A program made the position numbers and the translations under genes. Under the pieces are notes generated by a model. It was not told the DNA's origin, made no database searches, and was given only the letters and a program-made list of their open reading frames with translations. Of a stretch of 64,000 nt of DNA, positions 17,097 to 26,129 are shown piece by piece (the stretch's first letter is position 1; the number at the start of each line of letters is the position of its first letter). Source of the DNA: Candidatus Bathyarchaeum tardum (lineage in GTDB: Archaea > Thermoproteota > Bathyarchaeia > Bathyarchaeales > Bathyarchaeaceae). Location of the stretch: NCBI GenBank assembly GCA_024650005.2, contig CP122380.1, positions 928,001 through 992,000 of the forward strand. Direction: 5' to 3'.

Positions 17097-17112
17097 CCCG
17101 GCGACCGCACCA
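17097..17112 (+). other. att site: duplicated tRNA 3' end CCCGGCGACCGCACCA (tRNA-Gly-like)
   Basis: T-stem 3' strand + acceptor strand CGACCGC + discriminator A + CCA, 30 bp after the integrase stop; no matching 5' tRNA half upstream. Confidence 0.75.
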
Positions 17113-17433
17113 CTAACCGCAAATACATGCGATTATGTAACTTTGTTTTTCTCTTTTTTGTTTAGTTAATCTTCAGGGTGTTGAATTTTTGAACTGTGTC
17201 TATGTAATTTCTCATAAACAGAACAATTAAATATATCTAAATTTATTTATTTAATACTGGTGTTAGAACAAAAATGGGTGTGGCATTGTGAATAACAAAC
17301 TCGATTTTAAAACTAACAAATTCACCAATATTTTTTTGATGGATAATCTGCTGAGTGGTCTTGTACCGATTGTATGTGACAAAGAAGTTAGGATGAAAAA
17401 ATTTAGATTAATGCAATAAAGGGGCAATAAAAG

Positions 17434-17694
17434 TTGACAATTGAGAAGATTGAATTAAAAACCGAAAAAATAGACAATGCTGGTTGCCGTTCATGTGGAA
17501 CTGATTATGCGGCAGATAACTTAAAACACGCTCTTGCCCGGTTAAATGGCGTGTCAAAGGTGAATGTGGACAAAATAACTGGACATGTCAGCATAACTTT
17601 TGATGTGCAGAAAATTACTCCGCAAAAATTCACAGAACGTATTGAAAAACTCGGTTACCATGTTGAAGTTGAATCAAGGGAGGAAATCCAATGA
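17434..17694 (+). CDS. Heavy-metal-associated (HMA) domain chaperone
   Basis: GCRSC metal-binding motif, ferredoxin-like HMA pattern; ATGA overlap with ATPase. Confidence 0.85.
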   Translation: MTIEKIELKTEKIDNAGCRSCGTDYAADNLKHALARLNGVSKVNVDKITGHVSITFDVQKITPQKFTERIEKLGYHVEVESREEIQ

Positions 17695-19604
17695 GAGATT
17701 ACATCAAAGGTACAATTATTGTCATTTTGATAGCTGCGTTCGCTTTAGCAAGCGGTCTTGTAACAGGAATTCAAAAATCTTACGTCCAAGAAATCAGCAC
17801 TGTTTTGGCTTTAATTGCTGTTGCTTTAGGTTATCAAATATATGTACATGGTATCCGATCATTAAAGCATGGCAATGTCACTGCCCAATTATTTGCTACT
17901 ATAGCCATCTTTATTGCCGTAATAGCAGGTCTAGTTATACCTAGTGCTGAGGTCGAAACTGGCACCGCAGAAGCAGTTGGTTACATCCCCGCAGCAGCAA
18001 TCGTAGCCTTCATAATACAAGCCGGCATGACCCTTGAAAACTACATTATCCATCGAACAAGAGGCGCACTTGAATTGCTCATTAAGATGAGCCCTAAAAC
18101 AGCTCGAATACGTCGCGATGGAAAAGAAGTTGAAGTACCCATAGAAGAAGTCATGTTAGGCGAAACCGTTTTAGTCAAACCAGGAGATAAAATACCTGTT
18201 GACGGAACCGTTCTTTCGGGCTATAGCACAGTTAATCAAGCAACAATAACTGGTGAATCGATTCCTGTTGAAAAGACTAAAGGTGATAAAACATTTGCTG
18301 GCACCATGAACGAAAATGGGGCTTTAGAAGTCAAAGTTGAAAAAATCGCTGAAGATACAACATTGGCTCACATTATCCAATTAGTTGAAGAAGCCCAGGA
18401 GAAAAAAGCACCCATTCAAAATGTTGCAGATCGTTTCACTGCTTACTTCTTACCAATCATGGCTGTAGTGGCCTCTTCTGTGTTTGTGGCTAGTTATTTT
18501 ACATTGGGCTTTGAAATTGCACTTGGTAGAACTGTAACTGTTCTATTAGTGGCATGTCCTTGTGCTTTGGCAATAGCTGTTCCTGTTGCTGTTGCTGGAA
18601 CTATTGGGAATGCCAGCATGAATGGCATAATAATCAAAGGGGGCACACATATTGAAAAGTTAAAAGACGTTAATTTAGTGGCATTCGACAAAACTGGCAC
18701 GTTAACCGTTGGTGAACCCCGAGTCGTCGAGATCAAAACATTCAATAATTATTCTGAAACGGAAGTGATCAAGTATGCAGCGATTGCTGAGAAATTTTCA
18801 GAACACCCTTTATCAAAGGCCATAATATCTAAAGCAACTGAGATGAAAATTAAAATTCTTGACCCCACCGATTTCGAAACTATCCCCGGGCAGGGGGTGC
18901 ATGCCCATTATGGAAATAAGCACATCCTAATTGGAAGAAAGATGATCGTGACCGAGCTTTCAGAAGAAGCCAATCAATTGATGTGTCACGTTGAAAGCGA
19001 GGGAAAAACTGCTATTCCAGTTGCCTTGGACAAAGAGGTCATTGGTGTCGTTGTGGTTGCTGACACTATCCGAGAGAATTCTTTGGAAGCGATAAAGCGG
19101 CTTAAGGGCATAAAGGTGAAAACTGTCATGCTTACTGGCGATAACATGCTTACTGCTAAAGCTATTACTAAACAAATGGGTATCGATGAATTTCGTGCTG
19201 AACTTTTGCCTGAAGATAAAGCTGCAATTATTGGAGAACTAAAAAAGAGCAATGTTGTTGCAATGGTAGGCGATGGAATTAATGATGCTCCTGCGTTGGC
19301 TAATGCGGATGTTGGGTTTGCGATGGGTGCTGCTGGAAGCGATGTAGCGGTTGAAACTGCTGATGTTGCTTTGCTTGGAGATGACTTGACAAAGGTTGAA
19401 TATGCAATTAGCTTAAGTCGGAAAGCATTTGCCCGAATGAAGGGAAACATTGTTTACGCCTTTATCTGGAACATTGTAGCATTAAGTTTAGCTTCCTTTG
19501 GGGTTTTAAATCCAGTCCTTGCAGTAATTCTAGCAGAAGCTGGTTGCATATCTGTGGTAATCAATTCCGCTTTGCTATTACTAGTTAAGCCAAAACCCAG
19601 CTAA
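17691..19604 (+). CDS. Heavy-metal translocating P1B-type ATPase
   Basis: TGES, CPC, DKTGT, SEHPL and GDGINDAP motifs. Confidence 0.95.
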   Translation: MRDYIKGTIIVILIAAFALASGLVTGIQKSYVQEISTVLALIAVALGYQIYVHGIRSLKHGNVTAQLFATIAIFIAVIAGLVIPSAEVETGTAEAVGYIPAAAIVAFIIQAGMTLENYIIHRTRGALELLIKMSPKTARIRRDGKEVEVPIEEVMLGETVLVKPGDKIPVDGTVLSGYSTVNQATITGESIPVEKTKGDKTFAGTMNENGALEVKVEKIAEDTTLAHIIQLVEEAQEKKAPIQNVADRFTAYFLPIMAVVASSVFVASYFTLGFEIALGRTVTVLLVACPCALAIAVPVAVAGTIGNASMNGIIIKGGTHIEKLKDVNLVAFDKTGTLTVGEPRVVEIKTFNNYSETEVIKYAAIAEKFSEHPLSKAIISKATEMKIKILDPTDFETIPGQGVHAHYGNKHILIGRKMIVTELSEEANQLMCHVESEGKTAIPVALDKEVIGVVVVADTIRENSLEAIKRLKGIKVKTVMLTGDNMLTAKAITKQMGIDEFRAELLPEDKAAIIGELKKSNVVAMVGDGINDAPALANADVGFAMGAAGSDVAVETADVALLGDDLTKVEYAISLSRKAFARMKGNIVYAFIWNIVALSLASFGVLNPVLAVILAEAGCISVVINSALLLLVKPKPS

Positions 19605-19998
19605 AAATAAGTTCTATGCATTAACATTGATAGATATAGAAAATGATGAGGATGTTTTAGCTTTTAAAGCAAACACGAATGAGAAATCTTTGTGTCAAAT
19701 AAAACCAATAAAGAAAAGCATCTTCAATGTGATTTTATTCATGGGTCATTCGAGTCTGCCGAAAAAGCAAAAAAATACATCCAAGCGATGGATGGAGTGG
19801 CTTGAAGGACCTGTTAATACCTTTGAAAAACATCGCTAAAACTTTTTTTCATTTTGACTTATGGAAAACGGGTTAATTCTTGCTTTGGTTAAAGTGTTGT
19901 TTGTTTTAATCTATTTTGGAGCACGATACAAAGGTTTCTAAGAAACAATAGACTCTTCGTAGGGCTGTTCGATGACAAATACCTTACAGGTATTTGTT

Positions 19999-20454
19999 TT
20001 AGGTGTAGCCTGCGCCTTCGAGAGTGTTTGTTAAGTAGTGGTATTCTTGCATTTGGATTTTGTGAGCTTCTTTCAGGATTGGGCTGACTACTTTAAGGAC
20101 TGTTTTTCCACGTTGGGTTACTAGATAATATATTTGATCGTCATCGAATTGTTCTTCTTCGATGAGACCTCTATCCCATAGTAGTCTTAGATGGGCGGTT
20201 AAACGTGCTTGATCTATTTCCATTTGGTCTTGTAGTTGGGACAATTTCATTGGACCTTTAGAAACTAAATTGCAAAGAATTTCGATACACATTACCAATT
20301 TTGATTTCTTTGTTCTTCCAAAATCTTCTTGAATCATGGGTTGTTTTGGTTCTTCAACTGTTGATGTTTTTCTTGCAAGCAAAGATTTGACTTTTTCTAC
20401 GTTTTCTTTGTTGGTTAGTAGCGATTTTGCCTTTTCTATTGCCTCGTGTGCCAT
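19999..20454 (-). CDS. Winged-helix transcriptional regulator
   Basis: KKSKLVMCIEILCNL...LTAHLRLLWDRGLIEE...YYLVTQRGKTVL archaeal wHTH pattern. Confidence 0.75.
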   Translation of the reverse strand: MAHEAIEKAKSLLTNKENVEKVKSLLARKTSTVEEPKQPMIQEDFGRTKKSKLVMCIEILCNLVSKGPMKLSQLQDQMEIDQARLTAHLRLLWDRGLIEEEQFDDDQIYYLVTQRGKTVLKVVSPILKEAHKIQMQEYHYLTNTLEGAGYT

Positions 20455-20653
20455 TAGTTATCCCAAGTTTGTAGTTGGTTGAATTTTTGATATATGTCTT
20501 GTGAACTACAAAACTACATTTACACTCTCAAAATGGATCGTGTTTTGTAGGTTTTTGTTGTTGTTTTGAGTTGTATTTGGGTTCTACATTTCGACAAAAA
20601 ACATTATATGTATTGTATCGTAAGTATTGATTAGTAATACATATTGGAGGTGA

Positions 20654-20869
20654 TTGAATAAGATGGAAAGAACAGCAATAAACGACATAGCAATAAAAAT
20701 CCCCGTGGATTTAATGAAAGAGTTCAAAAAAGACATCCGCGTCGTAGTCCGATGGCCTTGGCTGATCGGAATTCCTATCCCAGAAGCGCTACTTAGACCT
20801 GAACTGATAAAACAGTTCAGTGAAGAATACGACGTAATGCTTGTACCCAAAGACATAAAACAGTTCTAA
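20654..20869 (+). CDS. Small protein upstream of radical SAM gene (possible peptide substrate or partner)
   Basis: Strong RBS GGAGGTGA before TTG; 71 aa with WPWLIGIPIPE core. Confidence 0.7.
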   Translation: MNKMERTAINDIAIKIPVDLMKEFKKDIRVVVRWPWLIGIPIPEALLRPELIKQFSEEYDVMLVPKDIKQF

Positions 20870-20944
20870 TTTCATGTTCACAATTCTGTTATCTCTTTCC
20901 TCTCCATCTTTTTTCAAAACATCCAATTTTTAGGTGAACTAAAA

Positions 20945-22015
20945 ATGAGCGAAAACCTACCCGAAATGCCCTACTTGCGAAATATAGGACTAATTGTCAC
21001 TTACAAATGCCAAGTAGCCTGTCCTCACTGCATCATAGAAGCCGGACCAAAAAGAAAAGAAGCCCTTCAACCCGAAACTGCACAAAACTGGATAGAACAA
21101 ATAGCAAACTACCGAAATGGATACATCAAAGTCCTTTCCCTTACTGGCGGAGAACCTTTTTACAACATCTGCAATCTACAACAAATTTCTTCTATGGGCG
21201 AAGAAAACGGATTACTTGTCTCGGCAGTAACCAACGCATTCTGGGCGATAACACCAAAAAAAGCTATAGACATTTTACAAAACCTTCCAGCCATCAAAAT
21301 GCTCGCCATAAGTGCAGACGCTTACCACCAAAAAGAAATCCCCTTCGAGCGGGTACAAAACGCAGTTCACGCTGCCAAAAAACTGGACATTCCTTTTCAA
21401 ATTGCAGTATGCACAGAAAACCACGACGACCCTGAATACAAAAAAATTGTCCAAAAACTAGAAGAAATAACCGATTCAGAAAAAATCAAAACTGCAATAA
21501 CCTTCCCCGTTGGCAGGGCACAAAAACTAAATAAAAACAATTACAGCACAAGCAAGGTTCCCCCTGTTTCTGCATGTTCTGCGGGTAGTTCACCAATAAT
21601 TTTTCCTAACGGAAACATAATTGGTTGTATCGGACCTGTAATCAACATAAAAACTCATCACCCCTTGCTACTGGGTAACCTAAACAAAAAACCCCTGGAA
21701 GAAATTTTAAACCTTTCAGAAAAAAACCCAATTTATCACGCAATTAGAATCTGGGGTCCACAAAAACTAATTTCAATGGCAGACGAAGCAGGTTTGAGTA
21801 AACATCTTCCAACAGAATACGTTGAAAACAGCATTTGTCACGCTTGCTATAATCTGTTGTCCAATGACAAAATTAGAAGTTTTCTTGGAACACTTGCTAA
21901 TGATTTTGTATTTCAACGAAAAGTTGCTTACGCTCGGCTTTATTACCTGCGGGAAAATCAAATGTTTGACCGAATGAAGCCAGAGCTTCTACGACATGAG
22001 TTGTTACGGGCTTAA
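20945..22015 (+). CDS. Radical SAM protein with C-terminal Cys-rich extension (YydG-like peptide-modifying subfamily suspected)
   Basis: CQVACPHC, LTGGEPF, VTNAFWA, ISADAYH, C-terminal C...C...CHAC. Confidence 0.85.
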   Translation: MSENLPEMPYLRNIGLIVTYKCQVACPHCIIEAGPKRKEALQPETAQNWIEQIANYRNGYIKVLSLTGGEPFYNICNLQQISSMGEENGLLVSAVTNAFWAITPKKAIDILQNLPAIKMLAISADAYHQKEIPFERVQNAVHAAKKLDIPFQIAVCTENHDDPEYKKIVQKLEEITDSEKIKTAITFPVGRAQKLNKNNYSTSKVPPVSACSAGSSPIIFPNGNIIGCIGPVINIKTHHPLLLGNLNKKPLEEILNLSEKNPIYHAIRIWGPQKLISMADEAGLSKHLPTEYVENSICHACYNLLSNDKIRSFLGTLANDFVFQRKVAYARLYYLRENQMFDRMKPELLRHELLRA

Positions 22016-22118
22016 CAAAAAACCTAAGCCCTTCCCTTAATTTTTTTGCCTAAAGAATTGGCTTTGACTGCATCAAACTGCAGTATAGTTATATTGACTC
22101 TACCTGAATTGCAGATTT

Positions 22119-23096
22119 TTAACTGAAGTTCCCTTGAGCTTTCATTAATTGGAGCCATTGAATCATGGTTTCAATTGCTATTATGCGTTTTTCTGTGTCG
22201 GTTGAATACACGTTTGTTGCGCCTTTATGCAAAATGTTGTTTCTAACAGTTAAGGCGCCTTTGCAGTCTTTTATGGTTTCAGCATCTAATTCATCAGTGC
22301 CGTTTGATATCATTTTTAATGCAGCATCAATGTCTCCAGTTGACCCGATGGTTTTGATCATTCTCTTTAAGTCGTTGTTGCGGACTTTTGATTTCTTGCC
22401 TTGTTCTAGGATGCTCTGATATAAAGTAACTTCTAATGCAGTTACTGCTTCAATGGTTGCACGGATGAAATCTCCTTTTGAGCAGGAATCTTTTGAATCC
22501 AACAGGAAACTTTTACTCAAATCAAATTTATGATCAGCAGCGAGGGCATCTTTTATTTCTGCTTTAACTTTTTGTTCATCAGCATTGGAGTTTTCTGAAA
22601 CAGTTTCTATTTTTTTCTTGGATTCAAAATTCGGGATCTTTACAGAATATTTTTTTCCACCATCTAGAAAATAAGCTTCAAGGGCTAGGATATCATTGTA
22701 TCTTATTGGGTTTACCCAGTACTCGGAGGTTATGTGCTTTGTTGTTTCAATAAATCGGTTAACAATTCTAACCACCATTTCTGTAGCCTTTAACCGCTTC
22801 ATATCTGGTGCAATCAGAACTGAGCCTCGCCCTTCGTCAATTATGCTCAATTTTTTGGGAATCAACACTTTCAGGGTGCTATAACCCGAAACACCATATT
22901 TGTCAAATTTTAGCTGGCTGGTTGATTGTTCTTTATCTGCTTTCGAACTTGTTCTTGGTTTTCGTTTTATCGAAATTTTTCCCGAATCTGACCCAATTCT
23001 AATTGGATAGACATCATCAGGAACTGGAATTGCGAATGGTAAATCAAATTTGAATAGTGTTTTTGTATCCTTCGAAAGCTCTACTTTCATATTCAT
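22119..23096 (-). CDS. Hypothetical protein with C-terminal HEPN-like domain
   Basis: ATIEAVTALEV helix followed by RNNILH (Rx4H). Confidence 0.55.
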   Translation of the reverse strand: MNMKVELSKDTKTLFKFDLPFAIPVPDDVYPIRIGSDSGKISIKRKPRTSSKADKEQSTSQLKFDKYGVSGYSTLKVLIPKKLSIIDEGRGSVLIAPDMKRLKATEMVVRIVNRFIETTKHITSEYWVNPIRYNDILALEAYFLDGGKKYSVKIPNFESKKKIETVSENSNADEQKVKAEIKDALAADHKFDLSKSFLLDSKDSCSKGDFIRATIEAVTALEVTLYQSILEQGKKSKVRNNDLKRMIKTIGSTGDIDAALKMISNGTDELDAETIKDCKGALTVRNNILHKGATNVYSTDTEKRIIAIETMIQWLQLMKAQGNFS

Positions 23097-23468
23097 TCTT
23101 TCCCTTTCGTGAGAATGAGTAAAGTTCTAAAAAAAGGTTATTCTCGCTTAAATTAAAGGCACGATAAACCAATTATCAAATAATGAATATTTTAATTAAT
23201 AATCAATCTAAATTAATTACAAAAAATTCAACATACATGTTTTTTAACATTGATAAAAACAGCATTCCTAACTGTTATCATTGGCCATTTTTTTTAATAA
23301 TAACAATCTAGACTGCTCTAGAGAAAAAAATCATTTTTATCCGTAATCCAAATCCATGTCAGTGGTTCTGTGCAGTTTTCTGTTTGAGTGTTTCGTATTT
23401 TTTGTATTAATAATTCCTTTGGTATCCTTGTTTGGTTTGTTGTGTCGGAAGTTTTAATATAAAATTAA

Positions 23469-23972
23469 ATGTTTTTCTTAAGTGGTGGGAACATGAAAAA
23501 AATAACTGCACTAAAATGTGGGCTGCTTGTTTCTTTAATAATTACTGTAAGCCTTGCTTCTGTAATGTACGCTTTCGCCTACAACGTGAAACGAGAAGTC
23601 ATCTACACTGACACCTTTCAACTAGGGGAACAGACGCAAACCTTCAGAGCCTTTTACCTGCCTGCGCCTGCAGTAATGTTTGAAGTAAAACTAACTGTTT
23701 CCCAAGGATCCATAAAATGGAGCCCATTCTCTGATGTGCTATTTGACGTTACTTTTGACTCCTTTGATTCTCTAGTAAACCAATCAACATATGGAACCCT
23801 TCAAGGATGGGAATGTGAAACCCACAATGGAAGTGTTAACTGGAGAATCGACTCTGAACACCTCAACCAAATCTGGTACCTGTGTTTCCTTAATGATGAC
23901 GCCTACGAAAAAGAAGTAACAGTCACAGTCACTAAAGTCTGGTCCGAACAAAACTATCTTGACTGGCTCTAA
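23469..23972 (+). CDS. Hypothetical secreted or membrane-anchored beta-sandwich protein
   Basis: N-terminal hydrophobic helix; likely start at MKKITAL. Confidence 0.6.
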   Translation: MFFLSGGNMKKITALKCGLLVSLIITVSLASVMYAFAYNVKREVIYTDTFQLGEQTQTFRAFYLPAPAVMFEVKLTVSQGSIKWSPFSDVLFDVTFDSFDSLVNQSTYGTLQGWECETHNGSVNWRIDSEHLNQIWYLCFLNDDAYEKEVTVTVTKVWSEQNYLDWL

Positions 23973-23991
23973 CCATCTAAAACAATTATTT

Positions 23992-24528
23992 CTATTTTGG
24001 TGTATCAATTTGATTTAGGTAATCTGTTTGTACCTGAACCACTTCTGCGCTATCTTTTGCTTCTGAATAACCGTCCAAGAGTTCCTTATTCAATGCAATG
24101 AATTGCAATCCCCAGTTGAACTTGGACAATAATTCGGTTGCTTGGTCACGAAAACCTGAAATATACAAAGCTGCAGCTAAAGCTTCAACCGTGCTAAGTT
24201 TAGTAGGCTTGCCATAATTTACCGGATTTGATGCAACCAAATAAGGCAAACAACGAGGAACCAAATGTAACTGCATATCAAAAACCTCTTTTGCATGTAC
24301 CCAACTACAATCCAATGCCGACAAACCTTTTTTTTCTAGGCTTTGCCGATCAGCAGGAGAGAAAGCTTTGGGTGTAAAGGGGTCCAGAATTACTGCCCCT
24401 CGGGGGAGTTCTTTAGCTCGGTGAACAAGGCGCACTAAATTATGGCGCTTTAGTTTCAACGAGCTACATTTTCTAGGGTCACATTGTTTTGCGTGATAAA
24501 CCGTAACTTTTACTGGTCTAACGCTGAT
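23992..24528 (-). CDS. tsr3: rRNA aminocarboxypropyltransferase Tsr3 (DUF367)
   Basis: HAKQCDPRKCS (upstream of the track start at 24459), LDCSW, LPYLVASNPVNYGKPTKLSTVEALAAAL; true start codon uncertain. Confidence 0.9.
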   Translation of the reverse strand: MSVRPVKVTVYHAKQCDPRKCSSLKLKRHNLVRLVHRAKELPRGAVILDPFTPKAFSPADRQSLEKKGLSALDCSWVHAKEVFDMQLHLVPRCLPYLVASNPVNYGKPTKLSTVEALAAALYISGFRDQATELLSKFNWGLQFIALNKELLDGYSEAKDSAEVVQVQTDYLNQIDTPK

Positions 24529-26047
24529 TCATCCGCACCTCCAGATGGGACATGGGGTCATCAATTACATGGGGAATCCAATCCAGAAGATCCGTTGGCA
24601 ACATGTGAAATCCTTTTTCCATCGCAACAAAATCTCCTGAAGCACCATTAACAAACGCCCCAGCAACCGAAGCACAGAACGGGTCAACTCCCATTGCAAG
24701 TAAACCTCCAGCAACACCTGACAAAACATCACCAGTTCCACCAACAGTCATTCCCTGGTTGCCCGTAAAATTCAGCTTAACGTTTTTTCCATCAGAAATC
24801 ACATCAACTGGTCCCTTCAACAGTATGGTTGCCCCAAGTTCTTTCGCTGAATTATTTACATGTTTTATTTTCTCTTCTAAAGCGATGGGTAAACTAGTTC
24901 CCATTAGAATTTCATATTCTTTGGCATGCGGCGTTAACACCGATGGACAATCTAGTTTTCGTTTGAAATCTGCAAATGCTTTAAGCCCATCAGCATCCAA
25001 AAGCAAAGAAACCCCAGTTTTTTCTACATGTTTAATAATTTCTTTAACCGCTTCTTTGGTTTCATCATGCACCCCCAAACCAGGACCCAAAACAACTGCG
25101 GTAGCTGAATCTACCTGTTCTTTAATGGCATCTACATTGTTGGTGTTCAGGTGTTTTCCTTTAAGTTTTATAGTAATCAAAGCAGGTGACATTCCTGCAA
25201 TGGTAGTAGCTGTTTTTTCTGGAGCTGCAATTGTTGCTATATCAACTCCTGTGCGCAAACCAGCCAGTGCTGCGAGGGCAGGTGCACCTGAAAACGTGTT
25301 ACTTCCTCCAATTACTAATAGCCTGCCAAATTCCCCTTTATGTGCTTGGGGCAAACGTGGCTTAACTGCAAAAGTTACATCCCCTGGTCCTGCAAACTTT
25401 TCAAGCTCTTCAGGCACCCCTATGTTTTTTACAATAATTTCTCCAGTGAATTCTTTGGCATTTTTCAGTCCGGGTTTTGCTTTATAAAATGTAACTGTAA
25501 TGTCAGCTTTTATTGCACTGCCTAAAATTTCTCCACTGTCAGAGTTTAAACCCGTTGGGGCATCTACTGCAACACAAAAGGCTTCCATCGTGTTAATTTT
25601 TTCTACTAGCTGCAAAATGGGTGGGCGTAATTTTCCCTCTGACCCGATTCCTAACATTGCATCAACAACAACATCTGCTTTCACGTCGGGAATAAGCGTA
25701 GAATCTTTAACTTCCGTGATTGTGATAAGATTTCTAAGAGGCTGCAGGGCATTCCAGTTATGTTTGGCTGATTCATGAACAATATTTGAGGCGCGGGTAG
25801 CAACAACGATTTCAATATTGAATCCTAAACAAGCTAAATAACGGGCTGCAACAAAACCATCACCCCCGTTTCCGCCGGAGCCACAAAATATTGCAACTTT
25901 AGTTTTTTTTGGTGTAAATCGTGAAGCTATCTCGTCTGCAACGTTTTTTCCTGCTATTTCCATGAGTTGCAAAAGAGAAATGCCGTAGTATTCGGCGTTG
26001 GTTTCTATTGCCCGCATTTCTGAACTAGTTACTGTTTCTGTTACCAC
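24518..26047 (-). CDS. nnr: Bifunctional NAD(P)HX epimerase/dehydratase
   Basis: YjeF N-domain (LMEIAG, CGSGGNGGDG) plus carbohydrate-kinase domain (HKGEFG, LTPH, GGTGDVLSG). Confidence 0.95.
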   Translation of the reverse strand: MVTETVTSSEMRAIETNAEYYGISLLQLMEIAGKNVADEIASRFTPKKTKVAIFCGSGGNGGDGFVAARYLACLGFNIEIVVATRASNIVHESAKHNWNALQPLRNLITITEVKDSTLIPDVKADVVVDAMLGIGSEGKLRPPILQLVEKINTMEAFCVAVDAPTGLNSDSGEILGSAIKADITVTFYKAKPGLKNAKEFTGEIIVKNIGVPEELEKFAGPGDVTFAVKPRLPQAHKGEFGRLLVIGGSNTFSGAPALAALAGLRTGVDIATIAAPEKTATTIAGMSPALITIKLKGKHLNTNNVDAIKEQVDSATAVVLGPGLGVHDETKEAVKEIIKHVEKTGVSLLLDADGLKAFADFKRKLDCPSVLTPHAKEYEILMGTSLPIALEEKIKHVNNSAKELGATILLKGPVDVISDGKNVKLNFTGNQGMTVGGTGDVLSGVAGGLLAMGVDPFCASVAGAFVNGASGDFVAMEKGFHMLPTDLLDWIPHVIDDPMSHLEVRMNQR

Positions 26048-26129
26048 AATAAACCCTACCTACACCATAGTTATGCCTTGGGTTTTATGGCTATTTCTCT
26101 TCTGGAACCCAAAAAGAAGAAAAAAATTG

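Larger units (their letters stand above)
1..17112. mobile_element. Right part of an integrated, decaying (pro)virus-derived or integrative element; left end lies outside the window
   Basis: Tyrosine integrase followed 30 bp later by a tRNA 3'-end duplication; terminase fragment, TA pair, wHTH and small MGE-type ORFs, several pseudogenes. Confidence 0.8.

Noticed and set aside
17040-17112. Complete tRNA gene
   Set aside because: Only the last 16 nt are tRNA-like; no D-arm, anticodon arm or TTC loop upstream.
19627-19839. 70-aa ORF after the P1B ATPase
   Set aside because: No motif, weak start; could be a remnant but not supportable.
24759-25487. 242-aa plus-strand ORF and similar antisense ORFs (for example 18986-19450, 27022-27519, 54152-54577)
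   Set aside because: Mirror frames of well-supported genes on the opposite strand.
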